Assembly: GCA_028534125.1 (NCBI GenBank)
Contig: CM052825.1
Span: 558,001 to 622,000 of the forward strand
Origin: Lama glama
Taxonomy: Eukaryota
Reading direction: 5' to 3'
DNA length: 64,000 nt
Numbering within the stretch: position 1 is the stretch's first letter; every line of letters begins with the position of its first letter. Shown here piece after piece: positions 35,546-48,909 of the stretch. The position numbers were made by a program, and so were the translations under genes. The notes beneath the pieces were generated by a model. It did not search any database and had not been told where the DNA came from. It saw only the letters and a list, made by a program, of their open reading frames with translations.

Positions 35546-38500
35546 TTAAGTGGGATCTGCTGGGGTCTAGGAGACACACCCGCTGGCTCCCAGAAAAGCA
35601 GGCAACCCCCCAGCCCTGCAGGCCAGGCCCTGCCCTCTGAGCCACATCGGGGGCATCACACAGGCCACCAGGCCGAGTCCCAGTGAAGGGTCAGGGCTGC
35701 GGCAGTGGTGGGTGGGCCTGGGGGGTCTGTCAACGCTGATCCTGGAGGGAGGCCCGTAGGTTGGGCAGGTCTGGGAAGGGACAGGGAGGGTGGAAAGCAT
35801 CTGCCCGTGTGGTGGCCACACCCTCCACGGCTCCAGGTGTCGCTGGGCATGGCAGTGCCCTCAAACCCAGGGCCTGGCCCCTGCCATCCCCCTACTCTGA
35901 CCCTACAGGGTGCTGGCTGCTGCCCCAAGGCCAGAGGACCCTGGTCACTAGACAGGGGAGCCCTGTCCCACTCCTGAGGGCTCCTGGGGTGCTCTGTGGG
36001 CCCAGCGAAAGCCCGTGAGGTACAGCAGTCACCAAGGACGGACACAGGAAGGAGGCACGGCCCGGGCTGCAGGGCTGGCAGCAGGAACTTGAACTAGCGT
36101 GGGCCCAGGTGGAGGAGGACGTGGGCCAGGCGGGTCCCTCGGGGAGGATCCCCCAAGGGCCCAGCCACTTCTCTTGCGGCTTCCAGAATGCCCAGCATTA
36201 AGGGCCTAAGTCTCGGGTTAGGCACAGAATCTGAAAACTACAGAAAAGTCTTCTTTAAATCATTCCCAATTTGGTCAGTGGCCTCTGAGGCCCCGTCCCG
36301 CTGAACTGGTGGAAACAGCCAGCGGGTACGAGCGCTGCTGGCGGCACAGCCTGTTCCTGCAGGGGACACCGCCTTTGGGGGCCGACGCCAACACTCAGGG
36401 ATTAACACTAGGGTCTTGGTTCCCAGACTGTGGTTTTGGGGCCACCAGGAGATCCCAGGAGGCTGCCAACACTCCGGCTGCTGGGCTGCAGGGCCCCCAG
36501 CCCCACCCCAATCCAGCCACTCCTCCCCTTCCCTCCAGGGATCGGAGTCTCTAAGAAAGGGGGCTGACCCCGGAGGGCGGGGAGGGGCCCGTGTAGACCC
36601 AGGAAGGACTCACGAGGTCTGTGTGGTCATCGTGGTGCCAGTTTCCCTTCTCTGGGGCCCCCGGCAGCTCAACCACGGTGTCAGGCCTTCAGGGTGAGGT
36701 TTTCCCCTGCTCCGTGTGCATCTAGGGGTGGGTAGTCCTGAGGGCCCTCTGTCCCAGTCTGTGGTGGGGCAGGCAGCCCAGGAGTCCTCATCCTGCAGCG
36801 GGGGGCTGGAGATGGGGGGTGACATGGGAGCAGCTGAGGATCAGCCCTGAGGGCATCGTGAGGACCACCCACCCAGACTGAACTGGACACAGACGTGCGG
36901 CCACTTGGCACAACAGAGTGTGCTGGAGCGGGGGACCCCCCATCACCCTGCCTCCTGGGAAACTCAGGTCCTCCAGCTGGTGTGACCCATCCAGACAAAA
37001 CCCCACCCAGCACTCCCGTCTGGTCCTGAGCCAGCCCGTCCACTTCGGGCTCTCTGTCAAACGAGGGACTTCTCGCACGTTTATTCTGGGGAGGGGTCTC
37101 AACCGCCCACCACCACCCTTGGACATACATAGGGCAGCGCTGGGATGAGAGGAGGCCCTGTCTGTGCACCGCCTCGTTCCTCACACCTCCCACTGGGTCA
37201 GCTGCCCCGGCCGAGACGCCCCAGAGCTCCGAGCGCCCCAGACCCCAGGCGTCCAGCCATCACCCAGCCTGAGCTCGGGCCCCGGGAGGGTCAACAGCGG
37301 CTCTCTTGTGTCCCAGAGAAAGGGTCCATTGTCTTCCCGGAGCTCCCAGAGCCAAGATAAAGTGCACCCCCCCAACCCGGCACAGAGAGCTGGAGGGAAA
37401 GGGAGCCACCAGCGCCCCGCGATGCCCCATGCCGGTCCAGTGGGCAGAGGGGCAGCGGCCCCGGGGGTTTCTGGAGTGACTTGGCAGATGACCAGCCCCG
37501 CTACCAGCTGCAGAGGAGAGGGTGCTGGGACAGTCCACAGGGTCCCCCGATTTCCTGACAGGAAAGGCTGGGGGGCACGAGGAAGGGGGACCCCCTTGAC
37601 CTCCAGGACTGTCCCCACTCCTGCCAGGGGCTCTGCAGGCTGGCCAGAGGCACAGGTGCAAGGAGGAGATGGGGCTGGGGGCTGGCTGGGGCTGGCTCTG
37701 CGACACGGAGCAGCACAGCCTGTCTGCAGCGCAGGGACCCCTGCCTCTCCTGGGACGCTGGGCGCTGACAGCACTCAGCACCGAGATGGCGGGCCGTGCG
37801 TGCTGGAGTCCAGCCTGCCTCCTTGCAGGGGACACATCACCCAGATGTGGCCTGTGATGGACACTGTCTCTACCTGGTGACAGGTGGGAAGGCGAAGGAA
37901 GTGGCGGGAAGGCCTCAGGTGGCCCAGCAGGCCAGTGACAGAAGCTGGACACCCCCAGTCCCACCCCTCCTCCTTCCTCCCCACAGCCCCACCGCAGCTA
38001 GCAGTCCTGGCTTCTGCCAGGTGAGTGGCTGGTGGTCCGGAGGTGCCCAGCCTCAGCCACCACTTCTCTTCACTGAAGCCAGGCTGAAAGGGCCCTGAGC
38101 CAGGGCTCTGGTGCTCCGTCCACCTCAGAAGGCGAGCTCACCAGAGTGAATCCATACACGGCAGAACCACGGCGCCACCTCCACGGGGCCCCGTCCATGC
38201 TGCCCTCTGAGCGGCGTCCTGGCCCAGCACAGACAAGCCCCCACGCTCTCACCAAGGCCGCCGGCTGTGCGTGGAAGGTGCTCCGCCCCACCTCCCACCC
38301 CAGCTGGAGCCCCGACTGTTCAGACGGGTCTTGCTGAACCTCTCGAGTGCAGGGTGGGCCTTGTGCTCTCAGCCTGTCCCACCCTCCTGGGGGGTTCTCC
38401 CCTCTCCTGCAGACATGGCCCGGACTCCCCTGGAAACAGGCAGAACCGCCATGAAACAGGTGCGCTTCTGAGCCACTCCCGGGTAGCTCGCCGTGCTCCA

Positions 38501-39933
38501 CACAGTCCCCCTTCACCTCTGATGACAGGGCCCCCCCTCCAAGAAGGCGGGCCTTGCTCTGCTGGGTGGAGCTGGGGGCACAGGCTGGGAGGAAGGGCTG
38601 ACCAGGAATGCATCACCGACAGAGTCCCCAGAAGCCTTTGGTTTGAGATGACAGAGCGAAACTTCACCAAAAATGGTTTAAACAGCATCAGACTCGGCAC
38701 GTGGGGTCCAGCTTACCTCCTGCCACTGAGCAAGTGCCTGCAGGCAGTGGTCGCGGAGGCGTGTGGAGTGGGACCTGGTGGGGCTGCAGCGTGCTGGCTG
38801 CTGTCAGGTGGGGACCGGGACGGTCTTGCAGCAGTCGGCCAGCATCCCACCCACCACCTCCCTAACCCGCTCCATCTGTCCAGACAAATCCACCAGCCAA
38901 CAACCCTACAGAACGAGCAGATCAGGACTGGGAGGAAGCAGGGGCACTGCCACCCCCAGGCCATGGCTGGGACACAGCTGCTCACCTCACTGCGTACAGG
39001 TCAGACGGTGTCCCAAAGGGCACAGTGCCCTCCAGAGCTGGTCAGAGCCTAGGGTGCCTCCAGGTGCCACTCCTCCCGTTGTGTCCTCGAGGACCCCTAG
39101 CAGAGCGGTCCTTAACCATGGGTCTGTCTGCAGGCACGGTCTTCTGGGCTGGCTGCTCCTTCAGAGTCACTGGTGCTGGCTCACTCCCTGGGTCTGGGTG
39201 CCCGGCTGCCAACCAGAGCTCGGGCGCAGACAGGGCTCCGGAGACCGGGGTCCAGCGTGGAGAAGCAGAAGCGTGTGTCCCTACAAGGAAGCTGGCCCCA
39301 GAACACGAAGCCCCCTCTTCCTTTTGGTTCCGAACCCGGGTGTTGGCAGCATGAAGTCCTGTGCTCGAAGGCAGCTCCTGCAGAGATGCTGCTCCAGTGT
39401 GAAAACTCAACCCTGACTGGACCCACTACCACAATTACTAAAATTCAAAAGGGGACCTAGTAGCAGCAAACCACTTTCTCCTTTAATAAAAAATGAAGAA
39501 CAAAAAAGGGAGTGTTTCCCACAGTATTTTAATGAAACTTTTTATCCTGAAACAACCAGATGCAACTTGGGAGGCAACACAGAGCACCTACCCCAACCTC
39601 CCAGCAGAACCAGACCCTAAACACTCAGGTTTGTTAGACTTAACTAGGCACGCAAGTCCAAACTGTCAAGTTCTTTTAAGGCCGATTCCCCCAACACCTG
39701 AGTTATGCTGAGTTACTTCTGCTAATTCAGGATCATGGAGGAGTAATGTTTCCCCTCTCCATTTGGTTTGCAATACCCTGGTTAAAACTAGAACAATTCT
39801 AAACAGTTTCAGAAAGTGTGCACGCTGACAAAGCAGGAAGCTGCCCTGATCAACCACACTTGGGTCACGGGAGCCGTGCGTGGGGCGGCCGGGTCCCTCT
39901 GGAGCCGTGGCGCTGGCGCTGGTGCTGAGGCAG

Positions 39934-40009
39934 ACGCAGGCTCTGGCCTCGAGGGGCTCACGGCCAGAGACAGGTGAGCTCCTGGAGGACAGGGACAGCG
40001 GCAGCCCCG
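39934..40009 (-). ncRNA. MIR339: pre-miR-339 hairpin, intronic and sense to C7orf50
   Basis: The minus strand reads TCCCTGTCCTCCAGGAGCTCAC (miR-339-5p, 39995-39974), a loop, then TGAGCCCCTCGAGGCCAGAGCC (3p arm, 39960-39939). The arms base-pair. Confidence 0.95.
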
Positions 40010-43000
40010 GGCGGAGCACGGCTCCTCCATCCGGACACTGCAGCAGGCCTGAGGTTTCCAAATGTGTGAACCCGGGGACAGACATGGGCGCAGATGAGAC
40101 AGGTACCAGGATGTACGGGGAACCCTCGTGCTTCATTCATGCACCGTGGCAGATCTGGGCAACAGGGCGAGGTGTCCCCTGACGTGCCCACCATGGCCCT
40201 GCCAGGCCTGCTCTGATCTTCTGCCAACATTCACAGCAGAAGGAAATGCTCGATTTTAGTTGAAGGCAGTGCAGGTAAGAGTTATTTTTTCTCATTCAGG
40301 TCCAAACTCCCAGAGTTTGGGAGATGGAATGCTCTCACAAGAACTCCAACCAGAGCCCTGCCCCCCAAGCCCCGGAAAGGCTGGGCTCTCCGGTGGGACG
40401 CACCCCAATGCCGCCTCTTCCCAGGAAGCAAGTTCCCTTCCAGCCGACGGTTCTCCTCACCCAAACCTACTGCCCTCATTCCGTCTGGGCCTTGGATGCT
40501 ATGACGAAATCACTGGACCCTCTTCCCAGAAACACACACACAAATGCACAGGAATCAGACCTGGAATCCCGAGGTTACAGGGGAGGAGGTGAGGCTGTTG
40601 AGGGGTGGGGTCCCATTACCCCAACAGCACCAGGCGAAGGCGGCTGGGACAGTGGCCCTTACGAACAGCTCAGTGCTCTGGGCAGGATCTTCCACAGCAA
40701 CCTTTTCACACGCCGTGGGCTCGGCTGACAGTGGAACCTGCCCGTATGAGCTGGAGACACGGGCCTCTGCCAGAGACCAGCCTCAGAACAAGGCTTTGCG
40801 CAGGCTGCACGCTTTGCAGGCTGGGGTACCAGCCCCTTCTGCAGCCAGAGCTGAATCTCAGGAAGACACCAGAGACTCAACTCTATCCTGCTTCTCTTCT
40901 GACCCAAGGACCAAGGGTTGAACTGAAAGCCTGTTACATGCCAACAGCGCTACAAAAGCTGGAGGACACATGACTCCCGCATCTGGGTGCCGAAGCCGGG
41001 TGGGAGGTGACCAGCCCCACAAAACTCTTCTCAAGGCCCACCAAGCTTCACCCTGGGACGGCGTCGGGACTCCACGGCCTCCCCAAGGCTGTGGGTGACC
41101 GACTTCTCAAGTCCTCCGCATCTGGTGGTCCCAGCCAGCAAGGACAGCCTCTCTGCAAACCCCACACATACAAGATGAGGGCCAGGGGCTGGACCCTTCG
41201 GCTGCGAACAGCAGGCCCTGGCGTCACTGCCCTGGGACACAAACCCTCTTTACAAAGATCAGATGAGGTTTTGGAAACGGCCCTGAGACACCACAGGTTG
41301 CTGTTCCACTCAGCACACGTTCTACTTCTGAGGCCGTCTGTCCACTCCCGCCCTTGGACGGACGGAACAGGCAAAGCTAGACTAGGTCTTCGGGGGGTGG
41401 AACTCCCCCAGGTTGCTGTCTGACAGGGAAGGGGGTGAAGGCAGAGGCCCCGGGGATTTGTGGCCAAAGGCAGAGCCAAATGGCAGACACAGACCAGACG
41501 CAGACGCAGACGTGGCAGAAATGCAAATGCGCCCCTGCCCCACCTCCTCAGCCCGCGGGACCAGCCGGACACCAGCAGCCCATTGCACACCCCCCTCCCA
41601 GCAGGTGCATGGGTGGCCCAGCAGTCACTGAAGGCCCAGGGCATGGATGCACGGAATCTGGTCCACCCAGCAGTCCCCAACCAGAGTGCCGTGTGGGATG
41701 GGACAGCTGTCCAGGGCCAGCCTGGACCTGGTGCGTCAGGGACCAGGTCCCTGCGAGCTGCAAGCGAGGCCCCGCCCCTAAGCTGGTGGACGTGGAGCAG
41801 GACAGGGGCCGAGCTGACGCAGGCCCATGGGCGGAGAGCCGTGACCAGACGTGGAGATGGGATGTGGTGGGTGGGGGGCCCTGCAGGCTGCGGACCCGGC
41901 CCCCAAGCACACCAGGAGATGTGTTCACGTGCTGCTGAGAAATGGGGGTCGTCCTCCTCAGACGTGCACAGCACACAGAGGCGGGGGGCAGGAGGACAGA
42001 GGAGACACAGTCATTTCACCAGGAAAACTCCCACCAGGAGTGAAGCTGTTCAGAGTGCCACGCGATCTACTCGCATCAGGTCGGCTTTCCGTTTCTGGAC
42101 ACGCGACAGGCAGAGTCTGGGGAGGCTGGCCGGGCCCCCTCACTGCCTCCTGGAGCCTCAGCCCGGAGGCCTCCCGCCCGCCAGGCACAGACACGGCCCT
42201 GGCCCAGGACCGCACACACCTGCCAACTGCAGAGGGCACAGGTGAGGGTCTCCTGACTCCAAGGTCAGTCTTCCCAAGCCCAGGTACCAAGGGCTGCCCT
42301 GCCCTTCTCCCCACCCCTCGCCAGCCCTCACTGCCTCCCAGGGTCTTGGCTAAGCCTCCGGGTTGATTCCGCCTATATCCAAGGAGCAAAGAGACCCCAG
42401 TTGGGCCTCCTCCACAAGAGCTGCAATACTAACGCGTAGGACCACCCAGCGGGCCCCCTTTGGTTTTAGGCACGGGGAGGACTTATGACCCCCCACCCCA
42501 TCTCTCTCACTGCTGAAGGCCGACCCAGCTCGGCCGGCTGCACTCAGCGCAGTCAACAGCCTCACGTGGGACGTCCCAGTTACCAGAAGGCAAAGGTCAC
42601 ACACTCGGTCCGGCCTGTGTTCACAGCAGGCCACTGTGCTCCCCGGGCCCGGCCATGCCCATCTCCCTCCTACTGAGAATCTGTTCTCATCTGCGGGAAC
42701 CTGTGGCTCGTGACGGGTTCAGGCTGCGTTTTGTTCTTAACCTGAACATGCCGTCCCGGCAGGAGGCAGACAGCACGGCGGAGCTGAGTGGAGTATTCAG
42801 TGTCCGAATTGAGTCTAGAAGCAGCACTAAATACACAGAGAGCACACTTCTCAACAGCTTCCCCACATTAGCCAACAGTTGTTCTAATTTGGCAGTTCCG
42901 ATCTCGCCCTTTATGAAAATCAGATCCTTACTGTTTGAAAACCACAAAGCCGTCCCTCCTGCTCCTTCGAGGTGGGCCTCCAGCTACGCCGCAGCTACCC

Positions 43001-43299
43001 CTGACGTGGCTCCCCCAAAGCGAAAAAAAGCGCCCCATTTGGCACAAGACTGTCAGTGACGTTTTCGCCCCGCGACAGCCTAGCAGCCCCTGGTCTGAAC
43101 TCCTCCTCAGGAGAGGAAGCTGCACGACCGGGCCCGTCCTAACCGGGCCCCGCTGCCGCTCGGCCCAGCAGGCACGGCGTCCAAGGCTCCAGGGCCCGCC
43201 AGAAGTACGAGCTTTGGGGGAAAAACAAAACAAAACGTGTTACTGCCCCAAGACAAGGAAGGAAGCAGCGAAACCCAAAAGCTTCACCAAACGTGTACC

Positions 43300-44200
43300 A
43301 GGCACCTCCCAGCCTCCGTCGTCCGCTGTTGGAGGCAACCTCGCGCTAGGACCGTGCTGCCGGGCCAGGCTTCTCCCTGCGCGGCGACTCCTGAGCGCGC
43401 GTAACGCCCCGAGAGCAGTCGCGTCGCCGAGCAGCGAGCACAGCCAGGTCCTACGCCAGCAGGCCAGCGCACACCCTCGTGGGCGTTCGCTACTGCGCCC
43501 TGCGGGGCTGGGGCGGGCCCCGCAGGGCTAAGGCCCCGGGAGACCCCGCGTCGGTCCCGGGCCGCGCGCTGGCAGCCGGGCCCGGGGGAGGCGGCAGGAG
43601 GCGGGGAAGCGGCGCAGGCCGCGGCCCGGAGAGCCCAGGGGGCCCGCCCGGGTCGCAGGGCTGCAGCCGCCGCCCGAGGTCGGCGGCGCGTGGCAACCCA
43701 AGTCCCCCGCCGGCCCAGCCCCCCTCGGTGAGGACGCTGGGCCCGGGGCCCTCTTCCCGGGGTCTCGGGCTCCAGGGCGCCGCCGGAGCCCGCCCGCGCC
43801 CCGCGCGTGCAGAACGGACCCCCCACGCCCCCACCGGGCCCCGCTCCCGGGGTCGACGCACTGACCTCCGCCTCCCCGGCCGCCAGGTGCGCCCGGGCCC
43901 GCGGCTCCCGCCCGGCCACAGCCCCGGCCCCCGCGCACTGCGCATGTCAGGCCGGCCCGGCTCGGCTGGAACCAGATCCAGCCGGCTGGACGGTGACGCA
44001 AGCGCGCCGGCCCGGCGCTTGGGCGGGGCTTCCGGCGTGTGGGCGGGGCTCCCTGCCGGAGAGACCCTGCGCCTGGCGCCCCGTCCGCCGCGATGGGCAG
44101 AGCTGGACCGTGGTGGGCGCGGGCCCACGCTCGCCGCGCCACGTGAAGGCCGGACGGAGGCTCGCAGCCTCTTCTCAGCCCACAGCTCGGCCGCCAAGTG
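43300..44200 (-). promoter_or_regulatory. Intronic CpG-island promoter, probable alternative C7orf50 / pri-miR-339 start
   Basis: Very high CpG; NRF1-like TGCGCATG 43939-43946; CRE half-site TGACG 43994; GC box 44021; ETS CTTCCGG 44029; minus-strand donor AG|GTCAGT at 43866/43865. Confidence 0.65.
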
Positions 44201-46492
44201 GCAGACGAGCCCTCTCCCAGGGCCTGGCGACAGGCAGGCCCTGCCTCCACCAACACCTAGGCCTGCAGTGGACCAGGGCGCTGGCGGTCCCCACAGGGGA
44301 GGCAGGAGACCCACGCGGTGCAGGGCCCCCGGCTGCTCCCAGTCCGCACCCCACATCCCCACCAGCTGCAGCAGGGCTGAACCGGCTCGCTGTCGTCTCC
44401 CCAGGACCTTTGCACACGCTCTTCCCTGGGGCGGGAATGCTCACAGCTCGTCCTCACTTCAGCTCCCCTATCAACCCTCGGTGTCAGGGAAGCCTTCCCT
44501 GCTTCACCTGCTGAACACCCCCAGCACTCAAGTCCTGGGGAGGCGGCACAGGGGCCTACATGAGGCAGAGGAGAAGCCTGGATGGCTGGGGGCGAGGGGT
44601 GGGTAGAGCGGCTCTGCCAGGCATGGAACTTCCCCCAAGCCTTCACCCAGAGGCAGTGAGAATATGCTTTCAAAACCAGGGGCCGGCACCCCAAGATCAT
44701 GTGGATCACTCTGAGCCATTAAGGGAAGAGTAAATACGTCAGACACAGACGTTATTAACCAGAATGTCTGGCTGACCAGCGTGCCCCGTTTCCAGGGCAG
44801 GCCACCTCCCAGAGAACTGATCCTTGGTGAAACCCGCAGTAAACACTGCAGGGGTTTGGAACACCGGCCTTCAGACCTCTGCTCACAGCCTACAGAGCTC
44901 CTGCACAAACCACTTCCCTCCCACTCAGCCCCGCCACCAGGACAGGCCCTGCTTGGAAGGAAGGGTTTGGCAACGGATACTGTGAGAGAGAGTGTGTGTT
45001 GTAGGCTGGGGGTGGGGAGCCCCAGCCTCAGGGGAGGAGGGTCCACTGTCGGCCCCAAGCAAGAGGAAGCTGTTGGAGGCCTTGGTGCAGCCGGCCCACC
45101 AGTCCCTTCAGAGACGGCCTCTGCAGGGCCTCACTATCACTAAAGAGATGGAGGCCCCAACATCCCCGACTCCAGAATCTTACGTCCAAGCCCAGATGGT
45201 TTCGCTGGAATTCTAGTAAACACTTAAAGAAGAATTAACACCAATTTTATACAGTCTCTTCCAGAAAATGGAAGCGGAGGGATCATTTCCCAGTTCACTC
45301 TATGAGGCGAGTGTTACCTAGATACCAAAACAGGAAGGAGGGAAGGAGAGAAAGAAGGAAGGAAGGTACGGAACAAAATCTCTCATAAATATAAGTGCAA
45401 AAATCCCCCTCAGCAACATATAAAAAGAATTATAATGAAGCCCAGGTGGAGTTCACCGCAGAGAGGCAGGGCTGGTTCAGTATTCAAGTGTCAATCTGTA
45501 AAATCCATCATGTCAACAGGCTGAAGAAGAAACATCACGTGCCCATGTCAGCTGATGCAGAAAAAGCATTTTACATCATTCAAGATTCATTCATGATATA
45601 CGTTCTCAGAAAACCAGTAATAGAGGAGAGGTTCCTCAGCTTGGTGGTAACATAAGACTGGGAACGAGACGGGGAGATCCACCCACCAGGCTGTTCAGTG
45701 TAGCACTAGAAGTTCTAGCCAGTGCAATAAAGCAAGAAAATGAAATCAAAGGCATTTGGATTGGAAAGGAAGATGTAAAACTGCCTATATGAACAGACGG
45801 CATGATTGTCAACACCATGAAGATTCTGAGGAATCTACAAAATAACACCCAGAACTCGTAAGTGAATTTGGCAAGATTTAGGACACAAGATCAACATACC
45901 AAAGTCAACTGTATTTCTATGCATTAGCAATGACTGCTTGGAAGCTAAAATTTAAAATATAACTCCATTCACAACTGCTCAAAGAAATGAATACTTAGTT
46001 GTAGATCTGATAAAGCATGTACGGGATTTGTATGCTGAAAACAGACAGAAATTGAAAAATATTTTTAAAAAATCTAAATAATTGGAGAGACACGCCGAGT
46101 TCACGGACTGGAAAACAACACAGGAAAGAGTCAATTCTGCCCAACTTGAGATTCAAGTTTGATGCAATTCCTGCCAAAACCCCAGCAAGATTTTTCCAAA
46201 ATTTATATGGAAAAGGAACTAGAACAGAAGAATTTTGAAAAAGAATGAAGTGGAAAGAATCATTCTACCCGATTTCAGGACTGACTATATATCCACAGTC
46301 ATCAAGACAGTGTGGTGTTGATGGAGGAGACACACATAAATGAACAGAAAAGAACAGAGACTCCAGAAGCTGTCCCACATTAGCAATCTGATTTCTGACA
46401 AAGGTGTACAAGCAATTCAATGGAAGCAAGAGAGTCTTTTCAACAAATGGTGCTGGAACCGCAGGACATCCACGGGGAAAATGAACCCTGCA

Positions 46493-47417
46493 TCAAAGAA
46501 GACACACAGATGGCAGATATGCACAGGAAGATGCCCCGCCTCACACGTCACCAGGGAAATGCAGATTAAAACAGCGAGGAGACACCACCCACTCCCGAAC
46601 GAATGGACAAAACTGGGGACACTGACAACACCAAATTCTGTCAAGGATATGGAGCAATAGGAAGTCTTATCCATTTTCGGTGGGAATGCAAAATGGTACA
46701 GCCCATTTTGTAAGACAGTTTGGCGGTTTCTTTCAAAACTAAACAGACTCTTACCATGTGGTACAGCAATTGTGCTCCTTGGTACTTACCCAAAGGTCCA
46801 CATGAAAACCTGCACACANNNNNNNNNNNNNNNNNNNNNNNNNNNNNNNNNNNNNNNNNNNNNNNNNNNNNNNNNNNNNNNNNNNNNNNNNNNNNNNNNN
46901 NNNNNNNNNNNNNNNNNNNNNNNNNNNNNNNNNNNNNNNNNNNNNNNNNNNNNNNNNNNNNNNNNNNNNNNNNNNNNNNNNNNNNNNNNNNNNNNNNNNN
47001 NNNCAGCCTGAACAGGCTGCATACTGTATGATTCCAACTCTGTGACCTTCTGGAGAAGGCAAAACTATGCACAGTGAAGAGACTGGGGGGAGGGAGGCGT
47101 GAGCAGGCAGAGCCCAGGGGGTGTTCAGGGTGGTGAAACTGGCCTGCATGACACGTCAGTGGTGGTTGCGTGCCACACATTTGTCCAGACCCATAGAATG
47201 TAAACACCAAGGGCGAGCCTGATGTAAAGTGTGGACTCGGGGTGACAATGATGTGTCCATGTAGGCTCACCAGCTGTAACCAATGTACCAGTCAGGTGGG
47301 GGCGTTAACAACAGGGCAGGCTGCACGTGTGTGAGAGGGTATATGGCACATCTCTGCACCTTCCCCTCAAGTTTGCTGTGAGCCTAAAACTGCTCTAAAA
47401 ACTAAAGTCTATTGAAA
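46493..47417 (+). mobile_element. Nested L1 3' fragment (L1MC1-3-like), containing a 185-N gap at 46819-47003
   Basis: Starts AAAGAAGACACACAGATGGCA; ends GCTGTGAGCCTAAAACTGCTCTAAAAACTAAAGTCTATT, a typical L1MC 3' terminus. Confidence 0.7.
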
Positions 47418-47694
47418 ACACAGGAAAAAACCTCAAGCCAAACCTCACAAAAATTAACATAGAAAAAGTAACTCAAATGGATCATAGACTTAAATGTCAA
47501 ATGTAAAGCCATAAAACCGTTTGAAGAAAACACAGGAGAAAAATCTTTGGGACCTAGGAAGAGCGAAGAGTTCGCGACATGACACTCGAAATAGAGCCCT
47601 GAAAAAAACCAGCACGCAGCAGCCAAGACACAGAGGCCGCGTGAGCGCCCGCCCACGGGCGAGCGGCCAAGGCGTGCTGCTTCACGCACACACG

Positions 47695-48088
47695 CACAAT
47701 GAAGTATCTACTGCCCAGCCGTTAGAATAAGACTTTCCCTGTGCAAAATCGTAGGTGAAGCTGGAGGGCACTGTGCTGAGTGAGGTAAGTCAGACAGAGG
47801 ACAGATACTCCATGCTTTCACTTCTATGTGAATTCTATGCCCAACGTTATAGTTGTTATTAAACCAAAACAGAGGCAGACTCAGGTACAGAGAACAAACT
47901 AGCAGCCACCAGTGGGGAGGGGGAGGGGAGGAGGAGGGTCCAAGCTACCAGGCAGGAAGGTGTGTGGCACAAGGAGCAGAGCCGGTGCCTTGCAGTGCCT
48001 TTGCTGGGGTGTGATCTATAGAAACGTCGGACCACTATGTTGCACACCGAAAACGAACACCGTGAATCCATTATACAAGTTAAAAAAA
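47695..48088 (+). mobile_element. Second nested L1 3' fragment (younger, laurasiatherian type)
   Basis: CTGGAGGGCACTGTGCTGAGTGAGGTAAGTCAGACAGAG...CAGACTCAGGTACAGAGAACAAACTAG...CTATGTTGCACACCGAAAAC followed by an A tail. Confidence 0.65.
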
Positions 48089-48909
48089 TCAAATGAAGTG
48101 GACAACTGGACTTCACCAAAATTAAAAGAAAAACCTTTGATCCCTTGAAAGATCTCATTAAGAGGATGTAGAGACAGGCTCTGACTGGGACAAAGTATTT
48201 ACAACCCCACGTGTAACAAAACCTGTTATCTAGACCCTATAAAGAAACCTCAAAATCAACAGTAGAAAACCACCACCCAACTAGGAAGTAGGGAAGAGAC
48301 ACAAGACGTCTCACCAGCGAAGACACAGGGGCGGCAAGCGAGCACGTGGAAAGGCGCTGGACATCGCTGGCGGTGCCACCACGCCCCGGAGGGGCTGAGA
48401 GGTGGCCCGCACACACCGCCGGAGGGGGCACGGTCATGGAAGCAAGGGAAGCTTCTGTCCACACAGAAGCCTGTGCAGCCTCGCGAGCAGCTTTGCCTGT
48501 AGGAATAGCCCCCAAACTGGACACCGCGGAAACAGCCCCCAGCTGGGGCTGGCATACCCTCACCGTGGAAAGCCGCTCGGCAGTCGAGAGGCTCGGACAC
48601 CCGCACGCGGGAGGACTGGGGTGCGGGGAAGGGCTCACCCCCGAGCCCTCGCCGCAGGTTCCACGTTCAGAGCCCCTGGAACCGGACCAGAGGCCCAGGA
48701 GGGCTGTGCGGGGCCGCGGTGTCCCAGAACCCACGGGGCGACAAGCCCACACGGACCCACACCGCTCTGCACGGCGACAAGCCCCTGGTTTTGACGTCAT
48801 ACCAGCATCAAAGAAACCGCCAGGGGCAAGTGTGCGAAGGGTACAAGGGACCTCTCTCTGCTATTTTTGCAACTTCCTGGGAACTTACAATTATTTTTTT
48901 AATTTAATG

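Larger units (their letters stand above)
45185..48905 (+). mobile_element. Old LINE-1 (ORF2 RT to 3' UTR, L1MC/MD-like) interrupted by two nested L1 3' fragments
   Basis: 45190 onward is a degenerate L1 ORF2 (PDGF..EF...LKEELTPILYSLFQKMEAEGSFPSSLYEASVT). ORF2 breaks at ~46490, resumes at ~47430-47600 and again at ~48090, and ends GGGACCTCTCTCTGCTATTTTTGCAACTTCCTG. Many stops and frameshifts. Confidence 0.85.

Noticed and set aside
42687-42947. Protein-like 86-aa minus-strand ORF with a hydrophobic stretch
   Set aside because: It does not start at ATG, I recognise no homology, and I found no supporting splice structure. A conservation or PhyloCSF check would be needed to revive it.
43479-44606. 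375-aa ORF and overlapping long ORFs
   Set aside because: These are low-complexity Arg/Gly/Pro/Ala translations open in several frames at once, typical of stop-poor CpG islands.
45395-46660. Reverse-transcriptase-like short ORFs as an active or novel RT system
   Set aside because: They are fragments of a decayed L1 ORF2 with stops, frameshifts and deletions.
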